Shown here piece after piece: positions 9,327 to 18,505 of a stretch of DNA of 64,000 bases. The stretch's first letter is position 1, and each line of letters begins with the position of its first letter. The notes below the pieces were generated by a model. That model saw only the letters and a list, made by a program, of their open reading frames with translations, was not told the DNA's origin and searched no databases. The stretch is from an uncultured Clostridia bacterium (GTDB taxonomy: Bacteria > Bacillota > Clostridia > Christensenellales > CAG-138), in assembly GCA_905235205.1 (NCBI GenBank), contig CAJOKM010000004.1:1879-65878 (forward strand), given 5' to 3'. The position numbers and the translations under genes are program-made.

Positions 9327-10441
9327 ACCGCGCGGTCTTCTTGCTTACAGTGCTGCTGCTTCCGCTGTGCTTTGCGTCTGTGCCGGAGAAGGCGGGCGAC
9401 GCAGCCGAAGCGCTGGTCGCTTCGGTCGATCTGTCGGAATGGGACGATTGGTTTACACAAAACACGGAAGGAATTGCGTTCAAGCCTTCGGACTTTCTCC
9501 GAAGGACCGTAAACGCGGAACAGGCGAACGATCCGGACGCGTGGAAAAAGGCCGCGCTCGAAGTGGTTTTCCCGTCGCTGAAAACGGCGATACAATACGG
9601 CATGCTGTTTCTGGGGCTTGCGGTGCTTGCGTCGGTCCTGCGGGGGCTGGACACGTCGTCCGCGACGGCGGAAACCGCCGAAATCGCGTTTCGCGCAATC
9701 GCATCAACGGCAGTGCTGCTTGTCGTGTTTACGGAGATTCGGTCCGCGAGTCTTGTATTGAAGCGCGTGACGAATACGTCGGAGGTGCTGCTTCCGATCC
9801 TGCTCGGGTATTTGACGCTCGGCGGTATGGAGCATTCGGCGGCGGCGATCGCACCGCTGTTTTCCCTGCTGTCCGACCTTGTGCTGAACGTCTTTTCCCG
9901 GATCGTCGTTCCGCTTGCCGCGATCGGAGGCGTTCTCTTGGCGCTTGACGTCAGCGGGAACGGAAACCTGCATCCGATCGGGCGAATCCTGATCCGCGGC
10001 GCGAAATGGATCCTTGCGACGGTGTGTTCCGTATTTCTGCTGTTCTCGGTCTTTCGCGGCGCGACGGCGGGAAGCGCGGACGGATTCCTGCTGAAAACGG
10101 CAAAGCTTGCTTTAGGCGGGATCCCGGCGGTCGGCGGGGTCGTCACGGAATCGGTGGAGACGGCGTATCAGTGCCTGATGCTGGTCAAAAACGCGCTCGG
10201 CTTCAGCGCGGCGGCATTGCTTGTGCTGATCGCGGTAAAGCCCGTTCTGTCTGCGGCGCTGATGCGGTTTGCGCTGCGCGGCGCGTCGGCTCTGTGCGAA
10301 CCGATTTCCGGCAGACCGTATGCCGAGCTGCTGCGCGGACTCTCGGATACCATGCAGGTGATCGTTTTGGCGGAGCTTGCGTCGCTTGCTATGGCGCTGT
10401 TTGCGCTTTCGCCGGTGTTCGGCGTGGGGCGGTTTTCATGA
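9323..10441 (+). CDS. spoIIIAE: stage III sporulation protein AE
   Basis: Start MNRAVFLLTVLLL (signal peptide), ATGA overlap with AD; large polytopic membrane protein at the AE position. Confidence 0.85.
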   Translation: MNRAVFLLTVLLLPLCFASVPEKAGDAAEALVASVDLSEWDDWFTQNTEGIAFKPSDFLRRTVNAEQANDPDAWKKAALEVVFPSLKTAIQYGMLFLGLAVLASVLRGLDTSSATAETAEIAFRAIASTAVLLVVFTEIRSASLVLKRVTNTSEVLLPILLGYLTLGGMEHSAAAIAPLFSLLSDLVLNVFSRIVVPLAAIGGVLLALDVSGNGNLHPIGRILIRGAKWILATVCSVFLLFSVFRGATAGSADGFLLKTAKLALGGIPAVGGVVTESVETAYQCLMLVKNALGFSAAALLVLIAVKPVLSAALMRFALRGASALCEPISGRPYAELLRGLSDTMQVIVLAELASLAMALFALSPVFGVGRFS

Positions 10442-10605
10442 ACGCCGCGGCAAGGGCGGTGCTTGCGATCGCCGCGGGCGGCGTGTGCGTGACCGTACTG
10501 GAAACGCTGCTGCCGCGATCCGGAGTGAGAACGGCGGCGAAGGTTGCGATGGGACTGCTGTATCTCCAACTGCTCACGGAACAAATCCTGAGCATAATTC
10601 GGTAG
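10438..10605 (+). CDS. spoIIIAF: SpoIIIAF-like mini-protein (N-terminal membrane segment only)
   Basis: 55 aa, MNAAARAVLAIAAGGVCVTVLETLLPRSGVRTAAKVAMGLLYLQLL. ATGA overlap with AE, and spoIIIAG starts 11 nt after its stop. Only the two-helix N-terminal part of SpoIIIAF is present. Confidence 0.6.
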   Translation: MNAAARAVLAIAAGGVCVTVLETLLPRSGVRTAAKVAMGLLYLQLLTEQILSIIR

Positions 10606-10615
10606 CGGAGGGACT

Positions 10616-11209
10616 ATGATGCAGAAGAAGGACGGAACGAACGTACTGGAACGGATCAAAGCGCGCGTCAAAAAGAACCCCGGGCTCGCTTACGCCGGGT
10701 ATGTCACGATCGGAGTGATCGCCGTCCTTTTTTATCTGCTCGGCAGCCGCTTGGACTGTTCGGGCGCAAAACAGGAATCGACACCGGCAATCGAGACCGG
10801 CGTGCGCGCCGCAGAACGCGACACGCTGGAACGAAGACTGATCGAAGTCCTTTCCAAGATCCGCGGCGCGGGCAGGGTGGATGTGCTTGTCACGTATGAG
10901 ACGAACGGAGAGATCGTCACGGCAACCGTACGGCAGACCGATGAGGACGTAAAGGATGCGAACGGGACGGGCGGAAGCGAGACCTCGCGTACGGTGCGCG
11001 AGGTCACCGAGCCCGCGACGGTCGAGACACAGAACGGGCATACGCCGATCGTGCTGTATGAAAGGGAACCGCTTGTGCGCGGCGTGATCGTGGTGGCGGA
11101 AGGCGCGTCTGACTTTTCGGTGCGGGAGAAGCTGCAGGCGGCGGTGCATGCGGCGACCGGGATTCCGGTTGCGCGGATCGAAGTGTTTGAGATGACTTAC
11201 GGCGGATAA
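10616..11209 (+). CDS. spoIIIAG: stage III sporulation protein AG
   Basis: N-terminal TM, LERRLIEVLSKIRGAGRVDVLVTYE, and C-terminal VRGVIVVAEGASDFSVREKLQAAVHAATGIPVARIEVFEM. Confidence 0.85.
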   Translation: MMQKKDGTNVLERIKARVKKNPGLAYAGYVTIGVIAVLFYLLGSRLDCSGAKQESTPAIETGVRAAERDTLERRLIEVLSKIRGAGRVDVLVTYETNGEIVTATVRQTDEDVKDANGTGGSETSRTVREVTEPATVETQNGHTPIVLYEREPLVRGVIVVAEGASDFSVREKLQAAVHAATGIPVARIEVFEMTYGG

Positions 11210-11235
11210 AAAACAATTCAATGGAGGATCAAGCA

Positions 11236-11769
11236 ATGAAAGAAACGATGAACCGGTACAGGAAATTTCTGAACAAACGCGTTCTGACGGCGGTGGGTCT
11301 GTGCCTGCTGCTGGTTGCGGCGGTACTCACAAACGTGCTGATCAACCGCGGCAGGACGGAGGAGACCGAGGCGCAAGCGTCGAACGACGCGGTACAGGTG
11401 TCTTCGGTCGGGCGCACGTCCGATCCGAACTTCTTTGCGGCGTACCGCGAGGAGCGCGACGGCGTGCGCACGCAGGAGCTTGCGTATCTCGACGCGATCG
11501 TGGCGCAGGGCGCGGATGCGGAAACGCTTGCCGACGCGCAGAAGCAAAAGCTTTCGCTGGTGAACGCCATGGAGACCGAACTGACCGTGGAAAACCTGGT
11601 CCGTTCGAAAGGCTTTGCGGACGTGATCGTATCCATGCACGAGGGAAGCGTGAACGTTGTGGTCGGCGCGGATACGCTTTCGGACGAACAGGTCGCGCAG
11701 ATCCTGGATATCGTCCTCAGGGAGACGGGCGAAAGCGCCGAAAACGTCAAAATCAGCACGACGCTGTAG
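11236..11769 (+). CDS. spoIIIAH: stage III sporulation protein AH
   Basis: ORF 11221..11769; ATG 11236 is preferred (GGAGGA 7 nt upstream). N-terminal TM, FFAAYREERD, and a C-terminal ring-building-like domain. Confidence 0.8.
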   Translation: MKETMNRYRKFLNKRVLTAVGLCLLLVAAVLTNVLINRGRTEETEAQASNDAVQVSSVGRTSDPNFFAAYREERDGVRTQELAYLDAIVAQGADAETLADAQKQKLSLVNAMETELTVENLVRSKGFADVIVSMHEGSVNVVVGADTLSDEQVAQILDIVLRETGESAENVKISTTL

Positions 11770-11791
11770 CGCTTTGAAAATCGCCGGAATG

Positions 11792-11820
11792 GGTTTACTT
11801 TTCCGAATATTGATGGTATA
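11792..11820 (+). promoter_or_regulatory. sigma-A type promoter (extended -10) for the asp23 operon
   Basis: TTTACT (11792-11797), 17-nt spacer ending TGg, TATACT (11815-11820). Confidence 0.5.
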
Positions 11821-11869
11821 CTATCCACAAATACGAATCGGGTGAACCGGTTCAGATGGAGGTACCGAA

Positions 11870-12283
11870 ATGAGCGAGTATAAAGATATCACCGTCGAAT
11901 CCGAAGGAAACGGCGGGAAAGTCGTTTTTGCGGAAGACGTCGTTGCGACCATTGCAACGCTTGCCGCCGCGGAGGTGGACGGCGTGTACGGAATGAGCGG
12001 CACCGCGTTTGAAGGACTCGGTGAAAAGCTCGGCAAAAAGAACTACACCAAGGGCATCAAGGTGGAAGTCGGACAGGTCGAGTGCGCGGTCGATATGAAC
12101 ATTATCGTTCGCTACGGGTTCAAGATTCAGGACGTCTGCCGCGCTGTGCAGGAAGCAGTCAAAAACGCGATTGAGACCATGACGGGCCTGAAGGTCGTGC
12201 AGGTCAATATCGCGGTCACGTCGATCGCGTTTGCGAAGGAAGTGCCCGCCGAACCGCCGAAGCCGGAGAATCGGGTCAAATAA
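11870..12283 (+). CDS. Asp23/Gls24 family envelope stress response protein
   Basis: VVFAEDVVATIATLAAAEVDGVYGM and IIVRYGFKIQDVCRAVQEAVKNAIETMTGL. Confidence 0.9.
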   Translation: MSEYKDITVESEGNGGKVVFAEDVVATIATLAAAEVDGVYGMSGTAFEGLGEKLGKKNYTKGIKVEVGQVECAVDMNIIVRYGFKIQDVCRAVQEAVKNAIETMTGLKVVQVNIAVTSIAFAKEVPAEPPKPENRVK

Positions 12284-12350
12284 TGCGCATCCGCTGCCGG
12301 AGTTCGCTTCGGCACGGTGCGGACAAGCATCGGATGAAGGGAAAACAACC

Positions 12351-12905
12351 ATGAAACGAGTCGTCAGGATCCTGACAGGACTGCTTGCGGTTTTGGCGAT
12401 CGCGCTTGTTGTCTGCGTGTTTCTGGCGCTGATCGGCTGGCCGGTTTCGCAGGAACGGCTGACGGAGCTTTTGAGCGCCGCGCGGCGTATGCCGAATGTA
12501 CTGCTGACGGTTTCGGCGGCACTGCTTCTGGCGGCGATCGGCGTGTTTACGCTCTATGCGCTGTATGCCGAACGGTTTTCGAAACAGACGGCTGCGATCA
12601 TAGAGCATAACGCCATGGGCGAAACGTCGGTTTCGTTTTCTGCGCTCGCGGAGCTTGCAAACGGCGTGGCAAAGAGCCGGCCGGACGTGAAGGACTGCAA
12701 AACGAGCGTCAGCTCGACGGGCGATCGGGTCCGGATCTCGGTGCGCGTGGTGACGGCGCCGACGGTGTCGCTTTTAGAACTCACGTACGCGCTGCAGAAC
12801 GCGATCTCCGCGCGCGTACTGGAGGTGTGCGGCACGCCGATCGGGAGCGTCGACGTGCGGGTCGATCAGACGGACGCGGAGCAAAAACACGCGAGGGTCA
12901 ACTGA
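12351..12905 (+). CDS. amaP: alkaline shock response membrane anchor protein AmaP
   Basis: Start MKRVVRILTGLLAVLAIALVV inside ORF 12231..12905; two TM helices; follows asp23 as in the known Asp23 operon. Confidence 0.7.
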   Translation: MKRVVRILTGLLAVLAIALVVCVFLALIGWPVSQERLTELLSAARRMPNVLLTVSAALLLAAIGVFTLYALYAERFSKQTAAIIEHNAMGETSVSFSALAELANGVAKSRPDVKDCKTSVSSTGDRVRISVRVVTAPTVSLLELTYALQNAISARVLEVCGTPIGSVDVRVDQTDAEQKHARVN

Positions 12906-12923
12906 AACGGAGGGTGAGGTCGA

Positions 12924-13136
12924 ATGAAGGAGTTTATCGAAGCGCATAAGTGGGCGATCGTATTGAGCATTGTGGCGATCATTATCGTACTGCTGTTCTA
13001 TTTGATCGGCTGGTGGACGCTGCTTGCGGCGCTGCTGGTCGGCATTGCGATCTTTTTCGGAAAGCTTCTGGACAACGGCGGAACGGAATCGGTCAAAGCC
13101 TTCTTCCGGAAACTGTTTAAGGGAAAAAACGCATGA
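12924..13136 (+). CDS. DUF2273 family small membrane protein
   Basis: 70-aa two-TM protein, third member of the asp23-amaP-DUF2273 cluster. Confidence 0.7.
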   Translation: MKEFIEAHKWAIVLSIVAIIIVLLFYLIGWWTLLAALLVGIAIFFGKLLDNGGTESVKAFFRKLFKGKNA

Positions 13137-13531
13137 GTCACACGTTATCCAGAGAAATCGCCATGAAACGGCTGTATGCCGAAACGGTCGGCGGAGAGGA
13201 CACGCTGGAGGAAGCGCTGGCGCAGACCGAGTGCGGCGATCTCTCCGACGAGGATGTATTCTTCTCGGACCGCCTGTATGAGGGCGTGCACGCGCATTGC
13301 GATGCAATCGACGCGGAGATCGGGGCGCACGCAAAGGACTGGTCGATCGGGCGGATCGCCAAGGTGGATCTTTCCATCCTGCGCGTCGCGGTGTATGAAC
13401 TTCTGTACGAAAAGAACATTCCGGTCGGCGCAACGGTCAACGAAGCGGTCGAGCTTGCGAAGGCGTTCGGCGGGGATAAGTCGGCAGGGTTTATCAACGG
13501 CGTTTTGGCTGCCGTAGCAAAGGCGCATTGA
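13133..13531 (+). CDS. nusB: transcription antitermination factor NusB
   Basis: REIAMKRLY..., RIAKVDLSILRVAVYELLY and GFINGVLAAVAK. Confidence 0.9.
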   Translation: MSHTLSREIAMKRLYAETVGGEDTLEEALAQTECGDLSDEDVFFSDRLYEGVHAHCDAIDAEIGAHAKDWSIGRIAKVDLSILRVAVYELLYEKNIPVGATVNEAVELAKAFGGDKSAGFINGVLAAVAKAH

Positions 13532-14484
13532 TGACAAAACCCGTTTGTCTTGGAATCGACACGAGCTGCTATACCACCTCGGTCGCATGTGCGGATGATA
13601 AGAGCATCGTCTTTTCCGAAAGGACGATGCTTTCCGTCCCTTTTGGCAATCGGGGATTGCGGCAGTCCGAGGGTCTGTTTCAGCACGTCAAACAGCTTTC
13701 GCCGCTTTTGTGCGATCTGTTTGCGTCCGTTGACCGGGACAGGATTTGCTCGATCGCGGTCAGCGCGTCGCCGACCGCAAAGGATGACAGCTACATGCCG
13801 GTCTTTCTGGCGGGACTGAAGCAGGCGGAAACGCTCGCGGCGGCGCTCGGCGTTCCGCTGTACCGGGTCGATCATCAGAGCGGGCATATCCGCGCCGCGC
13901 TGTACGGAAACGAAGCGCTTTTAGACCGACCGCGGTTTTTGGCTGCGCATATCAGCGGCGGCACGACCGACCTGCTGCTTGTCGAGCCGGATCGGGACAA
14001 GCCGTACCGGATCGAAACCGTCGGGACCTCGACCGACCTGCATGCGGGACAGTTCGTGGACAGGGTAGGCGTGGCGATGGGACTGCCGTTTCCGGCGGGA
14101 AAACATCTGGAGCGGCTTGCAATCGAAGCCGTTGAGAAATCCGTTAAGCTCCCGGGCGCCGTGCGCGGGTTGAACTGCTCGTTTTCCGGCGCGGAGTCCG
14201 CAGCGCAGCGGCTGCTGACAGATACAGCGAAAGAGGAGCTTGCCTACGGCGTATACGATTGTCTGTCGAGAACGCTTTCTAAGATGTTCGCGCACGCTGT
14301 CGACGCGTATGGAAGGCTCCCGGTGCTGGTGTGCGGCGGCGTGGCGTCTTCGGCGCTTTTGCGATCGCTGCTGAAAAACCGGTTCGACGGAGACCTGTAT
14401 TTCGGGAGACCGGAACTGTCCGCCGACAACGCGGTGGGCGTCGCGCTTTTAGGCGCGGATCGGAGCGGAACATGGATGAACTGA
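13528..14484 (+). CDS. divergent Kae1/TsaD (peptidase M22, ASKHA fold) family protein
   Basis: LGIDTSCYTT (compare LGIETSCDET), VDHQSGH (HxxxH metal site), HISGGTTDLLLV, CSFSGAES, VCGGVASSALLRS and SADNAVGVALLG all track TsaD blocks. The GPG loop is absent. Confidence 0.65.
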   Translation: MMTKPVCLGIDTSCYTTSVACADDKSIVFSERTMLSVPFGNRGLRQSEGLFQHVKQLSPLLCDLFASVDRDRICSIAVSASPTAKDDSYMPVFLAGLKQAETLAAALGVPLYRVDHQSGHIRAALYGNEALLDRPRFLAAHISGGTTDLLLVEPDRDKPYRIETVGTSTDLHAGQFVDRVGVAMGLPFPAGKHLERLAIEAVEKSVKLPGAVRGLNCSFSGAESAAQRLLTDTAKEELAYGVYDCLSRTLSKMFAHAVDAYGRLPVLVCGGVASSALLRSLLKNRFDGDLYFGRPELSADNAVGVALLGADRSGTWMN

Positions 14485-15683
14485 AGCCCGTCTTTACGGT
14501 GCATGAATTAACCGAATATGTGGACCTGCTGCTCGGGATCGATCCGAATCTCAAAGAGCTCGCCGTGGAAGGCGAACTGGAGGCCGTGAAGCGGCATTCC
14601 TCCGGGCATCTGTATTTTACGCTCAAGGACGAGCTCGCGTCGGTCAACTGTGTGATGTTCCGTCAGCATGTGATGGGACTGCGGTTTTTGCCGAAGGACG
14701 GACAGCGCGTCCGGCTTGCGGGACGGGCGAGCCTGTATCAGAAGGACGGACGCTTTCAGCTGATGGCGACCGGACTGATGCCGAAAGGCGACGGTTCGCT
14801 GTACGCGGCGTTTGCCGCATACAAGGAGGAGCTGAAACAGCGCGGCTGGTTTGACGAAGACGAAAAGAAACCGATTCCGTATCTGCCGAAAGCGGTCGGC
14901 ATGGTCACCAGCGCAAACGGCGCGGCATGGCATGACGTGCAGAACGTGATCGGACGGCGGTTTCCGCTGATGCCGGTCGTGCTGTATCCGGCGGCGGTAC
15001 AGGGCGCGGGCGCGGCGGAGGAGATTGCGAAGGCGATCGACCGCGCGAACGCCGAACACCGCTGCGACGTGCTGATCGTCGGACGCGGCGGCGGCAGCAT
15101 GGAGGATCTGTGGGCGTTCAATGAACCGCCGGTCGCCGAAGCGATCAAACGAAGCGCGATCCCGATCATCTCCGCTGTCGGACATGAGACGGATCAGTCG
15201 ATCAGCGATTTCGTAGCCGACCTGCGCGCGCCGACGCCGTCTGCGGCGGCGGAGCTTGCCGTTCCCGAGTGGGACGCGATCAGGGACGCGCTGCAATCGG
15301 CAGGCGAGCGGCTGGGTCACGCGCTCCTGAACGGACTTGAACGAAAACGCGACCGGCTCGGACTTTGCTGGTCGGACGCGCGGCGGCTGCGCGTTTTCCG
15401 CGCGCTGGACCAGAAACGCCAGGCGCTGGACGATTGCCGCACCGCCGTTGAGCGGGCGGCGGAAAACGCGATCGAGAAACGCCGGCATGCGGTTTTAACG
15501 GAGCTCGAACGCCTGCGCGCGTACAGTCCGCAGCGGACGCTCGCGCGCGGGTTCGCAATGATTCAGGACACGCACGGCGCACCCGTAACGACGGCGAAGG
15601 AGCTGAAAACGGGCGACGCGGTTGCGATCCGGTTTTATGACGGAACGGTCGACGCAAGCGTGACCGGAAAGGAACAGAAATGA
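14472..15683 (+). CDS. xseA: exodeoxyribonuclease VII large subunit
   Basis: Start MDELKPVFTVHELTEYV inside ORF 14331..15683; OB fold followed by VLIVGRGGGSMEDLWAFN. Confidence 0.9.
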   Translation: MDELKPVFTVHELTEYVDLLLGIDPNLKELAVEGELEAVKRHSSGHLYFTLKDELASVNCVMFRQHVMGLRFLPKDGQRVRLAGRASLYQKDGRFQLMATGLMPKGDGSLYAAFAAYKEELKQRGWFDEDEKKPIPYLPKAVGMVTSANGAAWHDVQNVIGRRFPLMPVVLYPAAVQGAGAAEEIAKAIDRANAEHRCDVLIVGRGGGSMEDLWAFNEPPVAEAIKRSAIPIISAVGHETDQSISDFVADLRAPTPSAAAELAVPEWDAIRDALQSAGERLGHALLNGLERKRDRLGLCWSDARRLRVFRALDQKRQALDDCRTAVERAAENAIEKRRHAVLTELERLRAYSPQRTLARGFAMIQDTHGAPVTTAKELKTGDAVAIRFYDGTVDASVTGKEQK

Positions 15684-15877
15684 ACGAAACGAAATCATTT
15701 GAACAAAAACAGGCTGAGCTCGAAGCGATCGTGTTGAAACTGGAGAGCGGAAACGCGCCGCTCGAAGAGATGATCGCGCTGTACGAGCAGGGCGAAGCGC
15801 TCTACCGCGAATGCGCCGAGACGCTCGACGCATATGAAACGCGCTTGAAAGCGTTTGAGAAGGAGAAAACCGAATGA
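15680..15877 (+). CDS. xseB: exodeoxyribonuclease VII small subunit
   Basis: 65 aa, FEQKQAELEAIVLKLESGNAPLEEMIALYEQG; ATGA overlap with xseA. Confidence 0.9.
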   Translation: MNETKSFEQKQAELEAIVLKLESGNAPLEEMIALYEQGEALYRECAETLDAYETRLKAFEKEKTE

Positions 15878-16671
15878 TGGAAGCGTTGCGGGAACGGATC
15901 GAACGCGCGCTCGAATCATTTTCAACGGATGACGTGGCGCCCCTTCTTCGGGAAAGCATGCGGTATAGCCTTCTGGGCGGCGGAAAACGGATCCGGCCGT
16001 GCCTTCTGCTGTTGGTATGCAGCATGCTCGGCGGCAGGGAAGAGGTCGCGCTTCCGTTTGCGTGCGCGCTTGAAATGATCCATTGCTACTCGCTGATCCA
16101 TGACGATCTTCCGGCGATGGACGACGACGCCATACGACGCGGACGGCCGAGCAATCATGTGAAGTTCGGGGAAGCGAACGCGATCCTCGCGGGCGACGGG
16201 CTTTTGACCAAAGCCGCGCTGCTGCTCGCAGAGCAGAACGGGTTCGACGACGCAAAACGCGCGATCTTAGAGGGCGCGTATGCCATGGTCAGCGGACAGA
16301 GCGACGATCTGAACCTGACCGAACGAAGCGCGGAAACGCTCGAACGCATCCACGTCCGCAAGACCGGCGCGCTGTTCAAGGCGGCATGCGTCGCCGGCGC
16401 GTATCTTTCGGACCCCATGCGCGCGGAGGAGATGGGCGCGTTCGGCGACACGCTCGGACTGCTGTTTCAGATGACCGACGACCTTCTTGACGCGGCGCGC
16501 GATCGCGAAGAAGGCAAACTGACCTATGTGACCTACTACGGCGAAGCGGAGACCGCGCAATTTGTGCAGGATGCGGCAAGCCGCGCAAGCGCGATCCTGA
16601 AACCGTATCACGGCGAAGCGGCTGAGACGCTGCGCGCGCTGATCGCCGCGCTAAAGAGCAGAACGGAGTAA
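15874..16671 (+). CDS. ispA: polyprenyl (farnesyl/geranylgeranyl) diphosphate synthase
   Basis: First Asp-rich motif LIHDDLPAMDDD and second motif FQMTDDLLD. Confidence 0.88.
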   Translation: MMEALRERIERALESFSTDDVAPLLRESMRYSLLGGGKRIRPCLLLLVCSMLGGREEVALPFACALEMIHCYSLIHDDLPAMDDDAIRRGRPSNHVKFGEANAILAGDGLLTKAALLLAEQNGFDDAKRAILEGAYAMVSGQSDDLNLTERSAETLERIHVRKTGALFKAACVAGAYLSDPMRAEEMGAFGDTLGLLFQMTDDLLDAARDREEGKLTYVTYYGEAETAQFVQDAASRASAILKPYHGEAAETLRALIAALKSRTE

Positions 16672-16672
16672 T

Positions 16673-18505
16673 ATGAGCACCTATCCGATCCTTGATACCG
16701 TCAACGGAATACAGGATTTAAAAGCGCTGAAGGAGGAGCAGCTCCCGGCGCTCTGCGAGGAACTGCGCGCATTTTTGATCGAACACGTCTCAAAAACCGG
16801 CGGGCATCTGGCGTCGAGCCTCGGCGCGGTCGAGCTGATCGTCGCCATGCATTACGTCTTCGACAGCCCGACGGATAAGCTCGTGTTCGACGTCGGACAC
16901 CAGGCGTATGTGCATAAGATCCTGACCGGACGCAAGGACGCGTTTGATACGCTGCGCATGGAAAACGGACTCTCGGGATTTCCGAAGCACAGTGAGAGCG
17001 AGCATGACGCCTTTGATACGGGACATGCGAGCACGGCAATCTCCGCTGCGCTCGGGCTTGCGCGCGCCATGCGGCTTTCGGGCGAATCCGGCATGTCAGT
17101 CGCGCTGGTCGGTGACGGCGCAATGACCGGCGGGCTCTCGTTTGAGGCGCTTGATGACGCGGGACGCGAGCGCATCCCGCTGCTTGTGATCTTAAACGAT
17201 AACCAGATGTCGATCTCGCAGAACGTCGGCGGACTTAAAAACTCGCTGACGCTGATGCGCACGAACCGCACGTACAACGCGTTCAAACGCTGGCTGAACG
17301 GGATCCTGGAAACCAGCCGGTTCGGAAAGTTTTTGAGCCGGCATATGGAGACGTTCAAAAACCGTGTCAAGAAGTTCTTTGCGCCGAACCTGCCGTTTGA
17401 GGAGTTCGGGATTCTGTATCTCGGTCCGGTCGACGGACACGATGTGAGAAAGATCATTCGGTATCTGCGCCGATGCAGAAAGCTCGATAAACCGATGCTG
17501 CTGCACGCGATCACCACCAAGGGGAAGGGCTATCCGTTTGCCGTGGAGAACCCGGAAAAGTTTCACGGCATCGCGCCGTTCGAGGTCATGACCGGCAAGG
17601 TCAGTCCGGAACGGCAGAAGACCTGCTCGGAGGTGTTCGGCGAAACCATGCTGCGCCTTGCAAAGAACGATCCGAAGATTGTGGCGATCACGGCGGCAAT
17701 GCCGAGCGGGACCGGACTTTCGCCGTTTGCACAAGCGTATCCGGACCGGTTCATTGACGTCGGCATCGCGGAAGCGCATGCCGTGACGATGGCGGCGGGA
17801 CTGGCGCGCGGCGGCATGCGGCCGGTCGTTGCGGTCTATTCCTCGTTTTTGCAGCGTGCCTACGATTCCATTCTGCACGACGTATGTCTTCAGAACCTGC
17901 CGGTCGTGTTTGCGGTCGACCGGGCGGGACTCGTCGGGTCCGACGGAGAGACGCACCAGGGCATCTATGATCCGGGATTCCTTTCCACCATGCCGAACCT
18001 CGCGGTCTATTCGCCGTCCTCGCAAAAGGAGCTTGCCGCTATGCTGGAGCTCGCGCTTTCGCGCAGGGAGCCTGCTGTGGTGCGCTACCCGCGCGGCGCG
18101 TTGCCGGACGTTCCGATGAAGACGTCCCTGTCGTTCGGACAGTGGGAGATTGCGGAGCCGCTGAAAAAAACAACGATCATTGCGCACGGAACGCTGTTGC
18201 CGCTTGCGAAATGGGTCGCGAAAAAACACGGCGTCGGTCTGATCAACGCGCGTTTTTTGCAGCCGCTTGACAGCGATCTGATCGATTATTTCAAAGAAAA
18301 CGAGATCCGGCTCCTCGTGCTGGAGGAGAACACCGTCTCGCTCGGGGAGAAGATCGCGCTCGCCGCAAATCCGTGCCGGGTTCGTTCGATCGCGGTCCCG
18401 ACCGAACCGATCCCGCAGGCTTCGGTGACCAGACAGCGGGAGCGCTGCGGGTTCACCGAGGAGGACGTGACAAAAGCGCTGCTTGCGCTTACGGAGGACG
18501 CATGA
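16673..18505 (+). CDS. dxs: 1-deoxy-D-xylulose-5-phosphate synthase
   Basis: 610 aa; GGHLASSLGAVEL, GHASTAISAALG, VGDGAMTGG, IAEAHAV. Confidence 0.95.
   Translation: MSTYPILDTVNGIQDLKALKEEQLPALCEELRAFLIEHVSKTGGHLASSLGAVELIVAMHYVFDSPTDKLVFDVGHQAYVHKILTGRKDAFDTLRMENGLSGFPKHSESEHDAFDTGHASTAISAALGLARAMRLSGESGMSVALVGDGAMTGGLSFEALDDAGRERIPLLVILNDNQMSISQNVGGLKNSLTLMRTNRTYNAFKRWLNGILETSRFGKFLSRHMETFKNRVKKFFAPNLPFEEFGILYLGPVDGHDVRKIIRYLRRCRKLDKPMLLHAITTKGKGYPFAVENPEKFHGIAPFEVMTGKVSPERQKTCSEVFGETMLRLAKNDPKIVAITAAMPSGTGLSPFAQAYPDRFIDVGIAEAHAVTMAAGLARGGMRPVVAVYSSFLQRAYDSILHDVCLQNLPVVFAVDRAGLVGSDGETHQGIYDPGFLSTMPNLAVYSPSSQKELAAMLELALSRREPAVVRYPRGALPDVPMKTSLSFGQWEIAEPLKKTTIIAHGTLLPLAKWVAKKHGVGLINARFLQPLDSDLIDYFKENEIRLLVLEENTVSLGEKIALAANPCRVRSIAVPTEPIPQASVTRQRERCGFTEEDVTKALLALTEDA

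Noticed and set aside
10006-10437. The upstream part of the 199-aa ORF 10006..10605 as a full-length SpoIIIAF.
   Set aside because: This part lies entirely inside spoIIIAE in another frame and is G/R-rich. Only the last 55 codons, from the ATG at 10438 (ATGA overlap with AE), look like a real membrane protein.
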